Part shown: one piece after another, positions 55,139 through 64,000 of the stretch
Position numbering within the stretch: the first letter of the stretch is position 1
Layout: each line of letters begins with the position of its first letter
Assembly (NCBI RefSeq): GCF_001194135.2
Contig: NC_069000.1
Coordinates: 4,674,548-4,738,547 of the forward strand
DNA length: 64,000 bases
Origin: Octopus bimaculoides
Taxonomy: Eukaryota
Direction: 5' to 3'
The notes under the pieces: model-generated
Told to the model about the DNA's origin: nothing
Databases searched by the model: none
What the model saw: only the letters and a program-made list of their open reading frames with translations
Position numbers and translations under genes: made by a program

Positions 55139-55679
55139 TTATTATCATTATTATTCCAAAGCAGTTACATTTCTGGCCTTGTGCCTAAAAAAAAAAAAAC
55201 ATACACATTATTAATCGTTCAAAATAATGTTATCTTTTCTCTTAACGATATTATTTCCTTTTGGTTGAGAAGTATACGTACTCTCTTGAGGAAATAAATT
55301 TGTTTTCTTTTATCATCGTTTATTCATCAACCATAAAAACGTTGATTCTTTTAGTTCGAATCGATGATGGTGTTTCTAGTGAATGTAACTACGTTAGCTT
55401 TCGAGTGAAAAAAGAAACTTTTTGTTCGGAAACTGAAGAATTTTTTCTCTCTGAAAACGGAAAGCAGTAAGAAAAGAAATTTAATTTGTACCTGTTTGTC
55501 TAGACGGTTCACATTAATAAATATTAAATAGATTTTCAAACGAAGATTCACCTGGTAAGAATCCACAATGCTGAAAGCAAAGTGAAACACAACTTACTCA
55601 ACCAGAACAAGAAATAATAAATGATAAATAACATCAAAAATAATAATCACAACCGCAGTAACAAGAAAGAAAAAACAGC

Positions 55680-55731
<52 letters not shown>

Positions 55732-55740
55732 GCAATAATT

Positions 55741-56063
<323 letters not shown>

Positions 56064-56240
56064 TTGTAGGCACAAGGCCTGAAATTTGGGAGAGGAGGTA
56101 ATACGATTACATCGACCCCAGGACTCGGATGGTACTTATTTTATCGACCCCGAAATGATAAAACGCAAAGTAGACCTCGGCAGCGTTTGAACGAGGAACG
56201 TAAAGTCGGACGAAATGTCGCCAAGCATATTCTGCCAACT
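56064..56240 (-). mobile_element. SINE family 1 copy
   Basis: aggcacaaggcctgaaattt...atcgaccccgaaa...gaacgtaaag. Confidence 0.85.
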
Positions 56241-56901
56241 ATTATAACATTAAAACAAACATAAGAAAGAAAGAAAGAGAGAGAGAGACAGAGACAGAGA
56301 GAAGAGACAAAGAGAGACAAAGACAGAAGAGAGAGAGAGAGAGAGAGTGAGAAATGGTATAAAATGCGTGTGTGTGTGTGTTTGTGTGTATGTGTGTGAA
56401 GGGGAGAGATAGAAAATATGAGAAACGCTACAAAAAATAGTAGCTGTGTGCCAAATACAGTTGACAGTTTGCCATCAATTTAAGTAGACAGAATGAGAAA
56501 AATCCGAGTTGCTCTGAGTTACAATTTTGCTTCCATGTCAATTTTGGTGATAAATTGATAGAATGAAGTTTAACTCAGAAGTGTAATGTCGGTGAAAGCG
56601 AGTCAAAAAAAATGGAAGAATTATATCGCTCAATATCACATGATCTGTATAACATGTCTGTTCAGTTCAGATAATTTCAGATAAGATCAGAAGAGATTAT
56701 CAATTGGAAAGTTCATAGAAGACATCGATAATTTGATTTGTAGTGAGAGGTGAAGAAGGATGTAGGGTTTCGTGTTTTTGTTCTTCGGCTGAAAGTGTAC
56801 GAAAATAGAATGGCGGGTCGCTGGTCAGACTTCGTGGTGGTTGTGAGTCAATTGTTTGGGATCTAGGAGGTAAATAAATAGTGAATTAATATTCTCTTTT
56901 C

Positions 56902-57096
56902 CCTTCTATTATAGGGCTATTACGGGCCAGTCGAGTATATCGATCCCATTGTTCAACTGGTACTTATTTTATCGACCCCGAAATGATGATAAGCTAAGTC
57001 AAACTCGTTGGAGTCTAAACTCAGAACGTAAAACTGGAAAAAGTGCTACTAAACCTTTTGACCGGCGTGCTTACCATCGTGCCACTTTGCCGCCTT
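56902..57096 (-). mobile_element. Degenerate SINE family 1 copy
   Basis: caactggtacttattttatcgaccccgaaa...ctcagaacgtaaa...gccgcctt. Confidence 0.8.
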
Positions 57097-58319
57097 TGAT
57101 TAGGGAATTAAAGTTAAAAGAATGATATAGAGGGTTGTCTTTGTGGACCGAGATGTTTAGACGAAGAAGAAAGCAACGTAAGAGGAACAGAAATCTAAGG
57201 TGCAAAGTAAGAGACAAGGAAAGAAGAAATATAGGAATTTGGGTGGCCGAAGGAACAATATTTCAAACGAGCCCCCCCCCCCAAAAAAAAACCCCAACAA
57301 ATTTACTGTCTGTATAAAGAGGAGACTTTGTGTTTCTATACACATCTATCTATCTATCTATCTATCTATCCATCTGCCTATCTCACTATCTATCTGTCTG
57401 TCTGTCTTTCTGTCTGTATACACACACACGCACACATACACACACACACGCACATAAACATATNNNNNNNNNNNNNNNNNNNNNNNNNNNNNNNNNNNNN
57501 NNNNNNNNNNNNNNNNNNNNNNNNNNNNNNNNNNNNNNNNNNNNNNNNNNNNNNATATATATATATATACATATATATGCCTAAGAGAATACGTACAAAC
57601 ATGAATATCCGAATACATACGCGTTGTATAGTATTTGAGTTCGCCATATTGGTCTATGTATTCATACTGGAGACTGTGTATGCATACATACGTCATAGTC
57701 TTGTGACCACTGAAGCGCTGAGCCACACAATCCTGGCTCGTTGACCAACTTCTTCTATGATACTCCATTCAGACTCACGCTTTAAGACCATCAATTCCAT
57801 GCTTATAGATACGGACATTTGCTACATAATAGCTACACACATTTTCAAAATATATAGTGACATAAAAACTGACTGACATATCATATTTATTTGATAGATC
57901 TTCACAAAGTTGTCTAATATATACAAACATCAAATTGTTCAACTAATGAATATAATAGTGATGATAATATACAGAGAGTTATGTTCGTTGCCTGATATGC
58001 AGGAGACTATCAACTGAAATCAAACGAGAGCAGCCATAGTAAATATAATGTCTATCGCATCAAAGCTTTGCGCACTTGAACTTCGTCGCTGACTCATTCA
58101 CCTACTTGACACGAAGTTGGAATAAAGTTCGCAATTTCACAAGTACTTTATATACATACGTACCTACAAACACAAACACACACACACATATATACATACA
58201 CATACATACACACACATACACACAAACGTGCCTTCACACACACACATATATATAAACACCTAAATATATATGCAGATATATATATATACATATATATGCA
58301 TATATACATATATACCAAG

Positions 58320-58369
<50 letters not shown>

Positions 58370-58698
58370 GTGTATAAATATATAATTATAAAACATATGT
58401 ATATCATATATCATATATGTATATACCCATGTATTTTAGCATATATTTGAAAATATATGCACATACGTGCATGTAGACATGCTTATATATAAATATATAT
58501 ATACATATCTATATATATATGTATATAAACACAGACACACTGTAATTTGCGTATTGTTATGTGTGAGTTTTGTATGTATGTAATTAATTAGATGACACAT
58601 TACACGTATACGCACATTCCAGCGTAGGCAGACTTGTCCTTATGTGTGCATATATTAATGGAAATGTGTTAAAGCAGTTTCCCATATATTAATATATT

Positions 58699-58914
58699 CT
58701 TTTCTACACTAGGCATGAGGTCCGAAACTTTGGGGGACGGTGTCAAGTTGATTAGATCGACTCCAGTACGCAACTGGTGCTTAATTTATCGACCCCGAAA
58801 TGATGAAAGGCAAAGTCGACCTCGGCGGAATTCGAACTCACAACGTAAAGACAGATGCAATAACGTTAAGCATTTCGCCTGGCGTGCTAGCGTTTCTACT
58901 AGCTCGCCGCCTTC
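58699..58914 (-). mobile_element. Full-length SINE family 1 copy
   Basis: Full body ending ctagctcgccgcctt. Confidence 0.92.
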
Positions 58915-59003
58915 ATATATTAATATATCATAATCATCGAAGGAGATTGCTTTTAGAATTTATTTTAGCGACTAGGATAAGCCAGTGCATGGTATGTATC
59001 CTT

Positions 59004-59059
<56 letters not shown>

Positions 59060-59151
59060 GACATATCAGGAAACTCTCAAGGGAGCCGAACAACGAAAGG
59101 TCTTCAGAAATGAAATCCCTCTCAGAAGTGTTTGGGTTCTTAAATTCTTAG

Positions 59152-59270
59152 ATTCCGAGGCGGCTGGGCCACATCCAGATCATTGCCACTGTGTACCCTT
59201 CTACTGTTACGTTTTGGCCAATTTATTGATCATAACGATCGTTTCGACGCTCTGCATTTCTCCCTCGCCG
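59152..59270 (+). other. Candidate 119-nt exon with two open frames
   Basis: Acceptor aaattcttag, donor ccg|gtgaga, GC-richer than flanks. Confidence 0.3.
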
Positions 59271-59757
59271 GTGAGAAACCATACAATGAATTTTGAATTA
59301 TCTTACGGTGCAGAAGCAATTACGCACAAACAAAAATATATGGGCAAGTGTCTGTATGTGTGTGTGTGTGTTTGTGTTTATGTGTGTGCGTGTGTGTTTG
59401 TGGCGGGGATTCTGTGTTTCTGTGTATCGCTTTTAATAACCAGAGGTCAGAGCTTGACTCAAGTAGCATGCATTGTACGCATTGTAATTAATAAACACAA
59501 AGGCATGCGCATATACCTACGAGTATAAAGTTGGAGCAAAGCATTACTTAATTGGATGTGAGAATAGAGAAAGTTTCAAGTTTTATAACACAGTAAAATG
59601 GAAAAAACATCGAATGACTGACATTACGCCAGCAGTTAGTTGGAATAAGCAGTTTTATGAGGGATTCAAAATCTTAAAAATAACAATAATGAGAAAAGAA
59701 ACCAGCAAATTTAGTAGATTGGAACTTTGCAACAATATAGGAATAGAAAACATTGTA

Positions 59758-59808
<51 letters not shown>

Positions 59809-59809
59809 C

Positions 59810-59850
<41 letters not shown>

Positions 59851-60807
59851 NNNNNNNNNNNNNNNNNNNNNNNNNNNNNNNNNNNNNNNNNNNNNNNNNN
59901 NNNNNNNNNNNNNNNNNNNNNNNNNNNNNNNNNNNNNNNNNNNNNNNNNNNNNNNNNNNNNNNNNNNNNNNNNNNNNNNNNNNNNNNNNNNNNNNNNNNN
60001 NNNNNNNNNNNNNNNNNNNNNNNNNNNNNNNNNNNNNNNNNNNNNNNNNNNNNNNNNNNNNNNNNNNNNNNNNNNNNNNNNNNNNNNNNNNNNNNNNNNN
60101 NNNNNNNNNNNNNNNNNNNNNNNNNNNNNNNNNNNNNNNNNNNNNNNNNNNNNNNNNNNNNNNNNNNNNNNNNNNNNNNNNNNNNNNNNNNNNNNNNNNN
60201 NNNNNNNNNNNNNNNNNNNNNNNNNNNNNNNNNNNNNNNNNNNNNNNNNNNNNNNNNNNNNNNNNNNNNNNNNNNNNNNNNNNNNNNNNNNNNNNNNNNN
60301 NNNNNNNNNNNNNNNNNNNNNNNNNNNNNNNNNNNNNNNNNNNNNNNNNNNNNNNNNNNNNNNNNNNNNNNNNNNNNNNNNNNNNNNNNNATATATATAT
60401 ATATACACATATATAAACTGTGTATACACACACATACACGCGTACGCTACGAATTGAGAGTTCGTTCGAACAAGTACCCATGAGGATTCCGTGTGTGCTT
60501 GAATCAGCAGTTTCTCCATGGAAACAACTCGAACATAGTTCAGTGCTTTAATCTTCTGATGTCTTCACCAATATCTTCCTTTATCACTAAAACTAACTCA
60601 CAACAAATAGAGAAAGCGTAAAACATAAAACAGAAAACATTCCGACTATTATTGCAATGGAAGCGGATACAGTAGACGAAAATTGCCTCGAGGGAGTGAT
60701 AGCATAATAGCATAATATAATAACACATACGTATATGCACATGTATGTGTGTGTGTGTGCTTGTGTGTATTCTTATATTTACATTCATATAAATGTGTGT
60801 GTGTGTG

Positions 60808-60843
<36 letters not shown>

Positions 60844-60946
60844 TATATATATATGTAAATGTTATGAGAGGTAATGGTGTCAATGTATATGCATATATTT
60901 ACATATATATATATGTATATATGTATGTATGTATATATATATATAT

Positions 60947-61076
<130 letters not shown>

Positions 61077-61304
61077 TGGTGAATACATGTTTATATATAG
61101 AAGTATGTGTATGCATGTATATATACACGCACATATCTATAGATATATATGTTTGTGTGTTCGCTTCAGTCTCACATTCTTTCGCTGTGTCTGTCTCTCT
61201 ATCTCTGTCTCTCTTTCTTTTTCTCTGTCTCTCTCTCTCTATTTATATATATGCATTAAATTTATAACATATATATTATATTTAACATAAGCATACAAAC
61301 AAAC

Positions 61305-61450
61305 GCAGGAGTGGCTGTGTGGTAATTAGCTTGGTTACCAATCACATGACTTCGATGTCATCCACACTGTCTGACAACTTGGGCAAATGTCTTCATCTGT
61401 AGCCTCAGGTCGACCAAAGCCTTGTGAGCGGATTTGTGGATTTCGTAGAC
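61305..61450 (+). mobile_element. tRNA-derived SINE family 3, possibly CORE-type (OR2-like)
   Basis: tRNA-like head gcaggagtggctgtgtggtaa and central ttgggcaaatgtctt resembling the CORE-SINE ttgggcaagt motif. The name assignment is from memory. Confidence 0.7.
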
Positions 61451-61846
61451 GGTTTGTAAGACTTATTAATTGTTCTACCAAAACATGAGCTCTAGAAACG
61501 ACCGGTGAAAGTGATCCTCTTCGAAGCGTATTATATACCTTATAATTTTAGAAAACACACACCGAACTCTATGGATCTTTTAACTGAAATTCTTAACCAT
61601 TCATAATTTCAGTGCAAAAAAAAAAAAAATAATAATAATTATCAGTCCTCTTTTTCTCAGAATTCCTCCCATACGTAACTCACATGTGTTTTATTTAAAT
61701 GTATTATTATGTATATTTATATATTTGTATCTTATGAAATCTTTTTTTAAATATTCATATGTGTCAATATGTATTGATATATGTATACGCATTTTGAGTT
61801 GAATTTATACATGTACGATTGCCTAATTTGAGTTTATAACTTAATT

Positions 61847-61887
<41 letters not shown>

Positions 61888-62226
61888 TGTGTGTATATAT
61901 GTATCAAACGCAAGTCTTGTAACGTATTTAAGATGTATTTTACTTAGGGCAAGCATTTTCTGTTAGAGAATTACTCAATGCGTTGGGCTACCATACCTAA
62001 CTCTAGTCATTATACCGACATTTGACAGTGAAAAATACGTTTTGCCTTTGGCTGTTCGCAACTATCACGACAATCATGAAGAGCCAGCGGCGAAGTTCAT
62101 AGCACAGTGTCACACTTTCATTATAACATGTACCCACACACGCTCACGCAAACGAACAAGAGCACATACGTACACACACGTACACACATATATACACGCA
62201 TACGTACACACACATATATATATATA

Positions 62227-62263
<37 letters not shown>

Positions 62264-63092
62264 NNNNNNNNNNNNNNNNNNNNNNNNNNNNNNNNNNNNN
62301 NNNNNNNNNNNNNNNNNNNNNNNNNNNNNNNNNNNNNNNNNNNNNNNNNNNNNNNNNNNNNNNNNNNNNNNNNNNNNNNNNNNNNNNNNNNNNNNNNNNN
62401 NNNNNNNNNNNNNNNNNNNNNNNNNNNNNNNNNNNNNNNNNNNNNNNNNNNNNNNNNNNNNNNNNNNNNNNNNNNNNNNNNNNNNNNNNNNNNNNNNNNN
62501 NNNNNNNNNNNNNNNNNNNNNNNNNNNNNNNNNNNNNNNNNNNNNNNNNNNNNNNNNNNNNNNNNNNNNNNNNNNNNNNNNNNNNNNNNNNNNNNNNNNN
62601 NNNNNNNNNNNNNNNNNNNNNNNNNNNNNNNNNNNNNNNNNNNNNNNNNNNNNNNNNNNNNNNNNNNNNNNNNNNNNNNNNNNNNNNNNNNNNNNNNNNN
62701 NNNNNNNNNNNNNNNNNNNNNNNNNNNNNNNNNNNNNNNNNNNNNNNNNNNNNNNNNNNNNNNNNNNNNNNNNNNNNNNNNNNNNNNNNNNNNNNNNNNN
62801 NNNNNNNNNNNNNNNNNNNNNNNNNNNNNNNNNNNNNNNNNNNNNNNNNNNNNNNNNNNNNNNNNNNNNNNNNNNNNNNNNNNNNNNNNNNNNNNNNNNN
62901 NNNNNNNNNNNNNNNNNNNNNNNNNNNNNNNNNNNNNNNNNNNNNNNNNNNNNNNNNNNNNNNNNNNNNNNNNNNNNNNNNNNNNNNNNNNNNNNNNNNN
63001 NNNNNNNNNNNNNNNNNNNNNNNNNNNNNNNNNNNNNNNNNNNNNNNNNNNNNNNNNNNNNNNNNNNNNNNNNNNNNNNNNNNNNNNNNNNN

Positions 63093-63168
<76 letters not shown>

Positions 63169-63194
63169 CCGTTTCAAATTCACACATATTGCAG

Positions 63195-63300
63195 CGGTCG
63201 TTCACATTTTCTGAGCCCTGTAAAAGAAGGTTGGACCTCCAACGAAGCCTTTCGCGATACCCTTAAGTCCACGAACTTTTCAGCGCCCCCTCACATGAAG
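63195..63300 (+). other. Candidate 106-nt exon (phase 2: GRSHFLSPVKEGWTSNEAFRDTLKSTNFSAPPHMK)
   Basis: Acceptor catattgcag, donor aag|gtattt. GC-rich island; one frame open end to end. Confidence 0.3.
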
Positions 63301-63893
63301 GTATTTTACATGAGTGTATATAATTGGCCTTGTATGAAATTGAATATTGTCTCTGAAATCGATTTCTTGTTATACCTATATTAACGCAGTCGATCGATTA
63401 TTTGCCACACTTTTATTAGAAGTAGCACTTATTTTTCCTATTAATCTTTTATCATATTGTATGTATCAACCTTTATAAGACTGTTTTTCTCTTTGCTTGA
63501 GGATATTTTTCGCACATTTCATATCTCGAGACATCATAAGTAGTTTTAAAGATCAATTATTTTCTTCTGTCTGGTCAACTTTTCTCATTTCATTTTAACA
63601 GTAAATAAGTAAAATTCACTAATGACGACCCAACAAGAGAATGTCTACGTAGTTCCGTAACATCCAAAGAATTAGCTGTTAAATCTCAATACCTTACCTG
63701 AGGCATAACGTATTCTTAAACACATACACAGTGGACGAAAAAGAGATGGTAATGTCATGTCAGGAATGCTTACATTCTTAGATCCTCTCAGTAATGGTTC
63801 AAACTAGATTAAGAACTACAAAAAAAAAAGACCTACCAACACAAGCAGTCTTTTCTTACTTACGGAAAATACTTTCCGCTTTTCCGTATTTGG

Positions 63894-64000
<107 letters not shown>

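Overview
AT-rich, microsatellite-saturated metazoan DNA from a draft assembly with about 22 N-gaps, most bordered by (TA)n/(CA)n. The repeat landscape looks like Octopus, probably O. bimaculoides; this is my recognition, not a database result. No ORF in the supplied track is a credible gene: they are microsatellite, N-run or transposon read-throughs. The window holds about 15 copies of one tRNA-derived SINE, fragments of two or three other interspersed repeat families, three Tc1/mariner remnants (one a 563-bp foldback of two right ends), a Penelope-like remnant with a hammerhead-ribozyme-like core, and several small TIR/hairpin elements. The best genic signal is missing from the ORF track: three tiny minus-strand exons (28, 17 and 41 nt) splice in frame to xCYRWGSCDKQVMTFDCLQTCNYCGQEN*. 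This matches the C2-C6 part of a ShKT (ShK-toxin-like) domain and ends a micro-exon gene whose 5' part I could not resolve. A few plus-strand exon candidates are listed at low to moderate confidence.
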